Shown: piece after piece, positions 1 to 10,356 of the stretch | Numbering within the stretch: position 1 is the stretch's first letter | Layout of the letters: each line of letters opens with the position of its first letter | NCBI GenBank assembly: GCA_051652765.1 | Contig: JBOFUV010000034.1 | Coordinates: forward strand, 64,001-128,000 | DNA from: Microcoleaceae cyanobacterium | Lineage (GTDB): Bacteria > Cyanobacteriota > Cyanobacteriia > Cyanobacteriales > Microcoleaceae | Direction of reading: 5' to 3' | DNA: 64,000 nt | Notes under the pieces: generated by a model | Seen by the model: the letters and a program-made list of their open reading frames with translations, nothing else | Told to the model about the DNA's origin: nothing | Database searches by the model: none | Translations under genes and position numbers: made by a program

Positions 1-1099
1 TTGGAACTGAAGGATCGGGCAACTGTTGAGCAATTTTTTGAGGCAGGTTCTCCAAGGTTTCAGGTGAGATCTGATCTATTTTATTGAGAATTATAACTAG
101 CGGACGATGCTTGATCGGTTGATAGATTTCTCTATCTGCCTCTGTCCAACCCGCCGTTGCATCCAGGGTGAGGAGGACTAGATCCGCTGACTGAGCCACT
201 GAACGCGATCGCTCCACCCCGAGTTGCTCTACCCGATCCTCAGCATGGCGAATTCCGGCGGTGTCTAAAACCTGGACGGGAATCCCCCCCACCACGAGCT
301 GGGACTCCACCACATCCCGCGTGGTACCGGGGAGATCCGTGACAATGGCGCGATCGCTCCGACTCCAGGCATTGAGCAAACTGGACTTGCCCACGTTCGG
401 GCGGCCAACAATGGCAACTTTTAGACCAGATCGTAGCAGTTCTCCTTGATCTGCCGTGGCTAAGAAGTTGGACAATTCGGCTAAAACTTGGTGGATCTGC
501 TGGATCGTCTTGGGTTCATCCAAGGGGGGTAAATCTTCCTCAAAATCCACCCGTGCCTCAATTTCGGCCAAAATATCAAGACAAGTGGCCCGGAGCTGAC
601 GAATGGGGTGTGCCAGCTTTCCCTGTAGTCCTGCCAAGGCGGCTTGAGCTGCGGCGGGAGATTGGGCTCCAACGAGTTCGGCCACACTTTCGGCTTGGGT
701 TAAGTCCAAGCGCCCCTGTAAAAATGCCCGCAGGGTAAATTCCCCTGGTTGGGCCAATCTTGCCCCTGCCTCCAAACACAGTTGTAACACCTGTTGGACA
801 GCAACAATGCCGCCGTGACAGTGAAATTCTACTATGTCTTCACGGGTGTAAGAACGCGGGGCCAACATCAGCAGGAGCAAGGCTTCATCCACAACCTGCT
901 GGGTGTGAGGGTAACGGATATAACCGTAGAGAATGCGATGACTTTCCCAAACTTGGCGACCCGGCGCTTGGAACAGGGTTCGGGCAATGGTGACAGCCTC
1001 AGGCCCTGAGAGTCGCACAATACCAATACTGCCTTGCTGGGGAACAATCGCTGTGGCGATCGCGGCAATTGTTCCTCCTGTACCGATGCGACTGATCAT
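1..1099 (-). CDS. mnmE: tRNA modification GTPase MnmE/TrmE (3' end runs off window)
   Basis: Missing from the ORF track. My translation from ATG 1099 gives [32 protein letters not shown]...EFHCHGG...GEFTLRAF...[16 protein letters not shown]...TDLPGTTRD...LDTAGIR...NKID (G1-G4 GTPase motifs). Confidence 0.96.
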   Translation of the reverse strand, partial: MISRIGTGGTIAAIATAIVPQQGSIGIVRLSGPEAVTIARTLFQAPGRQVWESHRILYGYIRYPHTQQVVDEALLLLMLAPRSYTREDIVEFHCHGGIVAVQQVLQLCLEAGARLAQPGEFTLRAFLQGRLDLTQAESVAELVGAQSPAAAQAALAGLQGKLAHPIRQLRATCLDILAEIEARVDFEEDLPPLDEPKTIQQIHQVLAELSNFLATADQGELLRSGLKVAIVGRPNVGKSSLLNAWSRSDRAIVTDLPGTTRDVVESQLVVGGIPVQVLDTAGIRHAEDRVEQLGVERSRSVAQSADLVLLTLDATAGWTEADREIYQPIKHRPLVIILNKIDQISPETLENLPQKIAQQLPDPSVP

Positions 1100-1242
1100 A
1101 GGTAAATCGATCCGGTTAGTAGAACAAACTATAGTGCATCGGTCATGACTGATGAGATCTCGGTAGGGCAAGCTTCCAGGCTGTGCAGAGAAGATGCTCA
1201 CTCTACATTCTGCGTTACATCAGATTGTTATAGTCAAACAAA

Positions 1243-1506
1243 TCAGTAAAAGTCTGCCTCAATTTTATCAAAAGGGATGAACCCTTCCCCGATCAGCAGA
1301 ATTGGCCTTCGGGTAAACAGCAGCATTCCTCGATAAGTTTCGCGATGAATCACCACCCCTAAAGGACGGCGCATCTGTCGCCCATGAACCTGAAAATAGC
1401 TGAGGTAAATCTGCTTTGCTGCTCTAATCAAAACGGGATCGAGCCAAACCGATGTGGATTGGCGCGCCGTCAAAAGTTCTGGTTGGGATTGAGTCGCCTG
1501 TACCAA
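1243..1506 (-). CDS. small hypothetical protein (cyanobacterial type)
   Basis: 87-aa ORF filling the gap co-directional with mnmE; no recognisable motif; start uncertain. Confidence 0.6.
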   Translation of the reverse strand: MVQATQSQPELLTARQSTSVWLDPVLIRAAKQIYLSYFQVHGRQMRRPLGVVIHRETYRGMLLFTRRPILLIGEGFIPFDKIEADFY

Positions 1507-1757
1507 AGGGTTTAGCGTCCAAGAGCAGGAGCGGGGTGAATCTAGATTTGTTTGAATTGTAACCCAAGAATTGAATGATATTATCTACACTCTAGGGTCT
1601 ATTTTGCTGATCTGAGAAGGTGTTTGAAAGGGGTGTCAAGCAGCGCAAGCAACCAGACCCATAGTAAAAATAGGCAATTTTAAGCTGCGCCGCCCAACCC
1701 GTTGGGTCGCCAATCTAACTGTTTAAACACCCTCTGAATTCCTCATCCCAATTTTCA

Positions 1758-3422
1758 ATGTTGTTAACTGTTGTCTTCGCTAATATCTTTGCTGCTTCCT
1801 TTATTCAATTCTGGAAAACGAAAGGTAAACTGATCGGATTATTCAGTCTCTGTTGTGTATTAATCCTGAGTTGTAGTCAGTCCGTTTCTAATCATTCCGC
1901 CTCAACTTCTGCAAATGGCGATCGCATTATTATTGGAACAACCTTAAAATTAAGAACCCTTGATCCAGCAGATGCCTATGAAGTCTTGTCCGCCAATATG
2001 CTCTACAACTTAGGGGATGCTCTCTATGATTATTCCCTAGGAACCGATGAACTGATTCCAAGGTTGGCAACAGCATTACCTGCAATCAGCAAAAATAGTC
2101 TAGTTTATACCATTCCATTGCGTCAAGGAGTTGTGTTCCATGACGGCATACCGTTTAATGCCGAAGCAATGGCTTTTTCCCTACGACGATTCATGGAAAA
2201 TGGTGGATCTCCGTCTTCTTTGTTAGCAGATTCAGTCCAGGAAATTCGAGCAACTGGAGAGTATGAATTAACCATTCAGTTGCAGAAACCCTTTGCCGCT
2301 TTTACTGCTCTACTGGCCTTTCCGGGACTCTGTGCTGTTTCTCCCAAAGCCTATGAAATCGGGGAAGGAAAATTTCAGTCGCAGATCTTTGTGGGGACTG
2401 GCCCCTACAAACTAACCGAATATGCAACCGACCGAGTACGTTTGGATACTTTTGAGAATTATTGGGGGAAAAAACCTGCAAATTCAGGTCTGGATATTCA
2501 GCGATTATCTAACTCTGCTAACTTGTTCATTGCCTTTAAAAGTGGAGCAATTGATGTTGCCTACTTCTCCCTTGATCCGGATCAAACCAATAGTTTACTT
2601 CAGGGGGTTCAAAATAATCGATGGCAAGTCGTAACTGCGGATGGCAATACTGTTAATTACATGGCGCTGAATGTCAACTCACCGCCCCTAAATCAACCTG
2701 AAGTTCGACAAGCCTTGGCGGCATTAGTTGACCGTCCTTTCCTCAATGAACGAGTGTTACTAGGTCAAGGTGAACCTGTTTATAGCCTGATTCCTTCAAC
2801 TTTAGACAGTTATCAACCCGTATTTCAACAAGTCTATGGAGATGGTAATATTGAGCAGGCAAAGGTATTGTTAAAACAAGCAGGCTATACTCGAGAAAAT
2901 CCAGCAATAATCGAGCTGTGGTATCCATCTGGCTCGACAAAACGGGGTATTCTTGCCAGTACATTAAAGGCATTAGCTGAAAAGTACTTAGAGGGTTTAA
3001 TGAAGCTTGAACTCAACAGTATTGACGCAACAACGGCCTACAAAAATCTGGAAAAAGGGGTTTATCCAACCTTTATGCTAGATTGGTATGCAGATTTTTT
3101 AGATGCAGATAATTATGTTTCTCCATTCCTGAATTGCACTAAAGGCTCACCGCAAACAGGATGTCAACAAGGAGCTAGTCAGTATCAAGGATCATTTTAT
3201 TACAATCAAGCAGTAAACCAGTTAATTGCCCAACAACGTCAGGAACAAAACCCTCAGAAGCGCCTGGAACTCTTACGGAAAATTCAAGACTACTTAGCTC
3301 AAGATGTCCCCTATATTCCCCTATGGCAAGATAAAACCTATCTATTTTTCCAGAATAATATTGATGGAGTTCACCTACAATTAACCCAACAAGTTCCCTT
3401 CTGGACAATGAGTAAATCTTGA
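1758..3422 (+). CDS. peptide/nickel ABC transporter substrate-binding lipoprotein (DppA/OppA family)
   Basis: Lipobox-like LILSC; TLDPA, LRQGVVFHDG.PFNAEA and GTGPYKL family-5 SBP motifs. Confidence 0.9.
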   Translation: MLLTVVFANIFAASFIQFWKTKGKLIGLFSLCCVLILSCSQSVSNHSASTSANGDRIIIGTTLKLRTLDPADAYEVLSANMLYNLGDALYDYSLGTDELIPRLATALPAISKNSLVYTIPLRQGVVFHDGIPFNAEAMAFSLRRFMENGGSPSSLLADSVQEIRATGEYELTIQLQKPFAAFTALLAFPGLCAVSPKAYEIGEGKFQSQIFVGTGPYKLTEYATDRVRLDTFENYWGKKPANSGLDIQRLSNSANLFIAFKSGAIDVAYFSLDPDQTNSLLQGVQNNRWQVVTADGNTVNYMALNVNSPPLNQPEVRQALAALVDRPFLNERVLLGQGEPVYSLIPSTLDSYQPVFQQVYGDGNIEQAKVLLKQAGYTRENPAIIELWYPSGSTKRGILASTLKALAEKYLEGLMKLELNSIDATTAYKNLEKGVYPTFMLDWYADFLDADNYVSPFLNCTKGSPQTGCQQGASQYQGSFYYNQAVNQLIAQQRQEQNPQKRLELLRKIQDYLAQDVPYIPLWQDKTYLFFQNNIDGVHLQLTQQVPFWTMSKS

Positions 3423-3427
3423 GATTA

Positions 3428-3520
3428 TAGAGCAGCCCTCAATAATTTATGGGAGGGGTTCGGAGACTTCATCCCCAAACCCCTCTCTAGTTTTCTCATG
3501 ATTGATTTAAATCGCTGTAT
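3428..3520. repeat. degenerate short inverted-repeat element or bidirectional terminator between convergent genes
   Basis: Internal hairpin gaggggtt...aacccctc; ends loosely resemble cyanobacterial TATAGC...GCTATA dispersed repeats. Confidence 0.4.
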
Positions 3521-3530
3521 TGACATTGAA

Positions 3531-4646
3531 CTAATCTTGTAAAACCTGAAGGTTATCTGGCAGAAAACTAACAATTACACTGTCACCAGGTTGATAGATC
3601 TGAAACTCCTGGGATCTCAAGTTTTGTCTACGAGCAACAATTGAAAAATCAGGGCTAAGTTGAATCAGATAACGGGAATCTGTACCAAGATAAACCACCT
3701 CTTGAACTGTTCCTAACCATCCTGATTCTGTGGAAGAATTCACGGGATCAAGTCTAAGTTTCTCAGGACGAATGACGAGGTTAACAATTTGACCCACTGA
3801 TAACGGTTCCAAAGAAGTCAGTGGTACAGAAAATTTTTCACTCACGAGGAGAATAGAGCGATCGCTATCTTGTTCTATAACTCTTCCTGGAAAGACATTA
3901 CTTTCTCCAATAAAATCAGCAACAAATCGGGTTTTTGGTGACTCATAAATTTCGACGGGAATCCCGACTTGCAGCAAGATTCCTTGATTCATGATGCCAA
4001 TTCGATCTGACATGGTAAGGGCTTCTTCTTGGTCATGGGTGACATAGATAAATGTAATTCCAATCTGTTGCTGCATCCGTTTTAGTTCGAGTTGCATTTC
4101 ACGGCGCAGTTTCAAATCCAAGGCTCCTAAAGGTTCATCTAAAAGTAAGACTTTGGGTCGTTTTACCAATGCTCTCGCAAGGGCAACTCGTTGTTGTTGA
4201 CCTCCGGATAGTTGACGAGGATAGCGATGCTGAAAATCAGCTAGTTTTACGAGGGTCAAAGCTTCAGTAACTCGTTCTCGAATCTGGGGTCGAGGTAAGT
4301 TTTCCATCTCTAAGCCAAAGGCAATATTTTGAGCCACAGTCAAGTGAGGAAAGAGGGCATAATTTTGAAAGACTGTATTGACGGGGCGATGAAAGGGAGG
4401 CAAAGTTTGAACGGATTGATGATGAATCTGAATATCACCAGAACTCGGCAATTCAAAGCCAGCAATCATTCGCAATGTTGTTGTTTTACCACAACCCGAT
4501 GGCCCCAAAAGGGAGAAAAATTCTCCCTGGAAAATTTCCAAATTAATATTGTCAACGGCGAGAACAGTCTTACCTTGATTTCCGGTAAAAGATTTAGAGA
4601 CATTCGTGAGCTTAACAGCGCTGTTCATAGAGATATTGTCAGCCAT
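3531..4646 (-). CDS. potA: spermidine/putrescine ABC transporter ATP-binding protein
   Basis: [43 protein letters not shown]-terminal TOBE-like region. Confidence 0.92.
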   Translation of the reverse strand: MADNISMNSAVKLTNVSKSFTGNQGKTVLAVDNINLEIFQGEFFSLLGPSGCGKTTTLRMIAGFELPSSGDIQIHHQSVQTLPPFHRPVNTVFQNYALFPHLTVAQNIAFGLEMENLPRPQIRERVTEALTLVKLADFQHRYPRQLSGGQQQRVALARALVKRPKVLLLDEPLGALDLKLRREMQLELKRMQQQIGITFIYVTHDQEEALTMSDRIGIMNQGILLQVGIPVEIYESPKTRFVADFIGESNVFPGRVIEQDSDRSILLVSEKFSVPLTSLEPLSVGQIVNLVIRPEKLRLDPVNSSTESGWLGTVQEVVYLGTDSRYLIQLSPDFSIVARRQNLRSQEFQIYQPGDSVIVSFLPDNLQVLQD

Positions 4647-4748
4647 TGATCAATTTTTATGCTTGGTTTTTATGCTTAATTTTTTATGTTTAAGATTCAG
4701 AACCCAACATCAACTGTTTTTCCTAACTACTTTTCCTAACGGTTTTTT

Positions 4749-5831
4749 CTACTGACCAATACTCAGTTTGATTTCTGCCCAAGCTTCATCGTATAATCTG
4801 AGGCTTTCACCCACATCCTTCAAATATTTAAGTTTAGCAAAGACCTCTTCCGAAGGATAAATTCCGGGATTACTGAGGTTTTCTGCCTTAATTAACTTTT
4901 GTTCAATGGCTGTTTTGTTGGGAGAACCATAGTTAATAAAGTTTGAAATCCTCGCTCCCACTTCAGGCTCTAGAATGAAGTTGATAAACTTCTCGGCCAG
5001 CGCTTTGTTCGGTGCACCTTTGGGAATAACCATGTTGTCTGTCCAGAGAATTGTTCCTTCTTTTGGAATGGCATAGCGCAGGTTAGGATTCTCTGCCATG
5101 ACTTGAAAGATGTCACCGCTGTACTCCATTGTAAAGTCAACTTCTCCTTGATTGAGTAATAACTGACCTGTGTCAGGCACAAAAGCAGCAATCGTCTTCT
5201 GGTTCTTAAGAATGAACGTCTTGGCTTGTTCGATTTCTGTTGGATTGGTTGTATTTGGATCGTAGCCAAGATACATTAAGATTGCGCCGAAAGTATAACG
5301 CATATCGTCTAGCCAAGCTGTTTTACCTACTAATTTCGGATCGAACATGGCCTCCCAACTAGTGATTTCCTGACCCGTTGCTTTGATGTTGTAGCCAATT
5401 CCCAACGTACCCCACTGATAAGGAAAACTATAGGTATTTTCTGGGTCGTAAGGAGGGTTGAGAAACTTTGGATCAACATGCTGGATGTTTGGAATATTCT
5501 CTTTGTTCAAGGGCTCTAATAGTCCCTCATCCGCCAGAATTTTCACCATGTAGTCAGCGGGAAAGGCAATATCATAGCCAGGATTTCCAGGCTTTAACTT
5601 GGCGTAAAGACTTTCGTTACTATCGTAGGTATCATAATTAACTTTAACTCCATATTTTTGTTCAAATTCAGTAATTACGGCTGGATCAATATAAGTTGAC
5701 CAGTTGTAAAGACTCAACACTTGAGGGGGATTAGAATTGTTGTTTGAGATATTTGAATTACTTGCGGTACAGCCAATGGGTAGGGCAGCACTTAAGATCA
5801 ATACAAGCAGAAAGGTTAGTAGTCTTTTCAT
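4749..5831 (-). CDS. potD: spermidine/putrescine ABC transporter substrate-binding lipoprotein
   Basis: YNWSTYID, YDSNE, PYQWGTLGI, PKEGTILWTDNM; lipoprotein signal ending IGC. Confidence 0.92.
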   Translation of the reverse strand: MKRLLTFLLVLILSAALPIGCTASNSNISNNNSNPPQVLSLYNWSTYIDPAVITEFEQKYGVKVNYDTYDSNESLYAKLKPGNPGYDIAFPADYMVKILADEGLLEPLNKENIPNIQHVDPKFLNPPYDPENTYSFPYQWGTLGIGYNIKATGQEITSWEAMFDPKLVGKTAWLDDMRYTFGAILMYLGYDPNTTNPTEIEQAKTFILKNQKTIAAFVPDTGQLLLNQGEVDFTMEYSGDIFQVMAENPNLRYAIPKEGTILWTDNMVIPKGAPNKALAEKFINFILEPEVGARISNFINYGSPNKTAIEQKLIKAENLSNPGIYPSEEVFAKLKYLKDVGESLRLYDEAWAEIKLSIGQ

Positions 5832-6207
5832 AGATTAAGTTTACAAAATTAACTTGTAAATTAATTTGCAAATTAATAACTGTGAATTCACACTAATTCA
5901 TAGTTACTAATTGCTGTTGTCACAAGTGATGCGCTGAACATCAGAGTTACTCAGAAATTTGTGCGGACTCTCAGGTACAACGGTGTAGAAAGTAATAATC
6001 ATCATACAAAGGAGTGCACAGTATTGCGAAAACCTTTTCCGCCAGATTGAAGTCTTAGTTGTTAGAGTCAAAGGTGGGACAGTCAGAGCGAGATCAGCCC
6101 TTGGTGTCAGTGGGCATTCAGGCTGATTGATCACAGTGAACGGGACAGACGGCCAGACTCGGGGGCTCGGCAAATCACCTTTATCCGGAGTTTATGAGGA
6201 TATCTCT

Positions 6208-8259
6208 ATGCTGGATTTTAGTCAGAATAGCCTTGGTTTTGATGTGGGTTTTGATGCAGCAGACCCAGTGAGAAGTACAGTCCAGGGAGTCTTGGAGCAT
6301 GTAGACTCTTGGTTTTCCTCAAGTTCTGCCGATATTCGCTGCAATTTTGCCAGTTTGCGAGCAGGTCTGTCCGCTAACACTCCTAGTATTCATGTCCAGG
6401 CAGAGCAGTTCGGTAGCCTGGGCAACGATATCCTATTTGGCACGGTTGGAGAAGATAGGATTGCAGGTCTCCCAGGAGATGATGATCTTCTGGGAGATGA
6501 CGGCAATGATAGTCTCTATGGGGGCCAAGGACTAGATGTGTTGCTGGGAGGGTCAGGTAATGATTATTTGTCTGGAGATCTGGAAAGTGATTTTCTCTCT
6601 GGCGAGGGGGGAGCAGATATATTTGCTTTATCTCCAGTTGATCCCTTCAGTTTTTTCCTGACTGATTTTATCCTGGATTTTGAGCCAATGGTTGATTTCA
6701 TTGGGTTAGTCGGGGAGTTGACAGAGGCCGATTTATTGATCGAATCAGTGGAGTTAGAACCCGGACAAATTGATACGTTGATCTGGCATTCGGCTGCAAA
6801 TACGTTACTCGGAGTCGTGAGTAATGTATCGGCAGAACAATTAGCAGGGAGGTTTATCATCCCAGAGTCAACGGCTGCAACGGTGGTTTCTACTTTATCA
6901 ACGGCGGTCGATCTGGGAACTCCGAGCCCAACGTTGGTGGTAAACGGCCAAGTTGATGACACCAATCCTGAGGATATCTATCGGTTTACCCTGGACAACG
7001 AAAGTGACTTGAACCTGAGTCTGACAGGGCTAGGGGCCGATGCCGATGTAGTGTTGGTGCAAGACCTCAATGACAATGGCGAAATTGAAGTTACGGACAT
7101 CATCGATCGATCTGAGGAACCTGCCAGCTTACCGGAGTCCCTGGCTGTCACTGCCCTGCCGGTCGGAACCTATTATGTTGTGGTCTATCAGTATGACGGG
7201 AACACTCCCTACACCTTGAGTTTATCGACCGTTCCCAATCTTCAACTCAGCCCCGATCTCACCGGAGAACAATTTGACAGTCGGTTTGGCTATGGTCTAG
7301 TCGATGCGTCGGCGGCAGTCGCTCAAGCCATAGGATTAACCCCCTTTGCCTCAGTCCCCGACTTAGGCGGAAATGATTGGGGACGAGATACCATTAATGC
7401 CCCAGAAGTTTGGGCCACAGGTACAACCGGAGTGGGGGTAACGGTGGCGGTGATTGACAGCGGCGTAGACTACACTCACCCTGATTTGGTTGCCAATATC
7501 TGGACTAACGGTGATGAAGTTCCAAATAATGGCCTAGATGACGACGGTAATGGCTTTGTGGATGATCGTCGGGGTTGGGACTTTGTAGATAGAGACAGTG
7601 ACCCAATGGATTTAAACAGCCATGGAACCCATGTGGCAGGAATTATTGCAGCCCAACAGGATGGTATTGGTATCACTGGAGTTGCTCCCAACGCCCAAAT
7701 TATGTCGATTCGAGTCCTGGATGAAGAGGGCTTTGGGAAAGTTAGCGATGCGATCGCCGGAATTCAATACGCCGTGGAGAACGGGGCTGACGTAATTAAC
7801 CTGAGTTTGGGGGGAGATGGCTTTACCCCAGCTGAGTTTGATGCCATTCAGTGGGCAACTCAACAAGGGGTAGTGGTAGTGATGGCCGCCGGAAATGAAG
7901 CCGCGACCCAACCCAATTTCCCCGCCCGGTTTGCCAGCAATTTTGGTCTTGCCGTGGGTTCCAGTACGCAGGGAAAAACCCTGTCTAGTTTCTCAAATCA
8001 AGCCGGAACAACTGTGCTGGATTATGTTCTGGCCCCTGGTGGCGATGGCGGGTTTCCCAACGCTGGAGACATTTATTCCACCGTTCCCCCTGGGCTGGCT
8101 GGAGTCCCTTATCAATTTTTTGCCGGAACCTCCATGGCAACTCCTCACGTTGTTGGAGTGGTTGCCCTGATCAAACAAGCCAACCCGAACCTGACGGCTG
8201 CAGCGATTGAGCAAATTATTGTGGAAACTTCTAGCTTATCCGGCTTGAGTTTGGGGTAA
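6208..8259 (+). CDS. S8 subtilisin-like serine protease with N-terminal Ca-binding RTX-type repeats and PPC domain
   Basis: Triad motifs VIDSGVD, HGTHVAG, GTSMATP; GGxGxDxL repeats; DIYRFTL...LTGLGADADVVL PPC-like segment. ATG 6208 follows GAGGA. Confidence 0.88.
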   Translation: MLDFSQNSLGFDVGFDAADPVRSTVQGVLEHVDSWFSSSSADIRCNFASLRAGLSANTPSIHVQAEQFGSLGNDILFGTVGEDRIAGLPGDDDLLGDDGNDSLYGGQGLDVLLGGSGNDYLSGDLESDFLSGEGGADIFALSPVDPFSFFLTDFILDFEPMVDFIGLVGELTEADLLIESVELEPGQIDTLIWHSAANTLLGVVSNVSAEQLAGRFIIPESTAATVVSTLSTAVDLGTPSPTLVVNGQVDDTNPEDIYRFTLDNESDLNLSLTGLGADADVVLVQDLNDNGEIEVTDIIDRSEEPASLPESLAVTALPVGTYYVVVYQYDGNTPYTLSLSTVPNLQLSPDLTGEQFDSRFGYGLVDASAAVAQAIGLTPFASVPDLGGNDWGRDTINAPEVWATGTTGVGVTVAVIDSGVDYTHPDLVANIWTNGDEVPNNGLDDDGNGFVDDRRGWDFVDRDSDPMDLNSHGTHVAGIIAAQQDGIGITGVAPNAQIMSIRVLDEEGFGKVSDAIAGIQYAVENGADVINLSLGGDGFTPAEFDAIQWATQQGVVVVMAAGNEAATQPNFPARFASNFGLAVGSSTQGKTLSSFSNQAGTTVLDYVLAPGGDGGFPNAGDIYSTVPPGLAGVPYQFFAGTSMATPHVVGVVALIKQANPNLTAAAIEQIIVETSSLSGLSLG

Positions 8260-8475
8260 GAGAAGTCAACCTTGCTTCTATCGAAATACCTCAGGAGCTA
8301 CTACTTGATATTTACAACCACAGAGTAACCTGCTCGTCGTTAATGTCAGGTTGCTGGAAGCCACATATATAGCAATGCCCCCTAAACTTCCTGGTTAAGG
8401 CACTGGATATAGTGGCACATTAATTGATACAGAGGCTATACTACACTGGGAGGCTAAAGTTTTCTCACACGAAAA

Positions 8476-9102
8476 ATGGCAAAAAATAGTGGTCGTGGGC
8501 GCATCCGTGTTTTTTTCGCAGAGGTTGAGGGTGATGATGAAACTATTCAAGAAGGTCTGCAGGCAATCAACGTAGCCGCAAACAAAATTTTTCAGTCTTC
8601 TCCAAAGATTGTCAAAATATTGCCAGCTTCTGCAACTCCTCTTGATGAAGATGAACTCCTTGAGGAGCTAGATTCAGAGAATGAAGAGGACAATCTGGTT
8701 TCAGCCAGTGTGACTGCGAACTCGAAACCTAAAAAGAGTTCATCTAAGCCTCCTATTATGTCAATAGTGAAAGATTTGAACTTGCGACCAGAAGGCAAAC
8801 TTTTATTTAGGGACTTCTATGCCCAGAAAAAACCATCTACTCAAGAGCAAGCTGTTACGGTTGCAGTTTATTACCTGAAGCGAGTTCTGGAATTAGATAA
8901 GGTAACGCCAGAGCATGTATTTACTTGCTTCAAAGATGTTGAACGAAAAACTCCAAAACACATGCCTCAAACTATTCGGGATACTGCAAAACGTAGAGGA
9001 TGGGTTGATACCTCAGAACGAGGCAGTATCAGAATTACTAACCACGGTGAGAACTTAGTTGAGCATGACTTACCTGCTTCCAATGGCAAAAAAGGTTCAT
9101 AG
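8476..9102 (+). CDS. hypothetical protein: short N-terminal domain, acidic/Ser linker, C-terminal winged-helix-like domain
   Basis: Clean 208-aa ORF 7 bp upstream of the next gene; the fold is inferred from the helical pattern and RGWV...ITNHGE ending. Confidence 0.8.
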   Translation: MAKNSGRGRIRVFFAEVEGDDETIQEGLQAINVAANKIFQSSPKIVKILPASATPLDEDELLEELDSENEEDNLVSASVTANSKPKKSSSKPPIMSIVKDLNLRPEGKLLFRDFYAQKKPSTQEQAVTVAVYYLKRVLELDKVTPEHVFTCFKDVERKTPKHMPQTIRDTAKRRGWVDTSERGSIRITNHGENLVEHDLPASNGKKGS

Positions 9103-9109
9103 CACATAG

Positions 9110-9838
9110 ATGGAGCTAGAAGATTTTTGCATTCGACTCAATCAGCTTGAACTTTCAAATGCTCAACGTGCATTAGCTATTCTCTGGTTTCATGACTCTG
9201 AAACAACGGGTATATATATGAAAGCAAGTGCGCTGGCACGTGCTATTTATACGAGTGGACTTGGCAATCCTCACCCAACACAGCTTGAAGAAGCAATTGT
9301 GAAGACAAAACTTGCACTCAAAAACAAGGCTGGATTTAAGCTCAAGCCAACCGAGCGCGATACGATTAAAAGTTGGCTTGTGCCAATTCTAGAGCGGGTA
9401 GTTGCTGATGTTGATTTAGATCATGGCTACCTACCAGAAGCAGTGTGGAAGAATACAAGGGGCTATATTGAAAAAATTGCTTTTCAGATAAATGGTTGCT
9501 TTCAATATGGATTTTATGATGGTGCATCCGTGCTTCTTCGTCGGCTAGTTGAGACACTTCTAATTGAGTGTTACGAACATGATAAAACTCAAGCCCGTAT
9601 AGCTGATTCTGATGGCAATTATTTTATGCTGTCAGGAATTATTGCTGATGCTGTTGATAAAAGTGGACTTTAACTAGGTCGTGAAACAAAATCTGTTCTG
9701 CGCGAATTGAAAGCTATTGGTGATCGATCGGCTCATAATAGACGATACAACGCTGTTCGCGCTGATTTAGAAAAAATCCGTTTAGGAGTGCGGTTGGTAG
9801 TAGACGAGTTAATTCAGCTAGCAGAGTTGAGACGTTAA
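9110..9838 (+). pseudogene. DUF4145/HEPN-like protein interrupted by an in-frame TAA at 9671-9673
   Basis: The frame continues past the stop as LGRETKSVLRELKAIGDRSAHNRRYNAVRADLEKIRLGVRLVVDELIQLAELRR* to 9838. ASVLLRRLVETLL...GDRSAH is DUF4145/HEPN-like. Confidence 0.75.
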
Positions 9839-9900
9839 GTTGTTTTCATACCTCTGCAATCTTCCTCAATCATGTGTGCAAGTTACGAAGAGTTCTACAC

Positions 9901-10347
<447 letters not shown>

Positions 10348-10356
10348 TATTCGGAT

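Noticed and set aside
261..1068. Seven short ORFs listed in the track at the window start
   Set aside because: They are shadows of mnmE on the minus strand, which the track missed because it runs off the edge.
8388..8402. CTTCCTG-GTTAAGGC as an attC right half opening island 1
   Set aside because: No pairing left arm and a poor GTTRRRY match; too weak to call.
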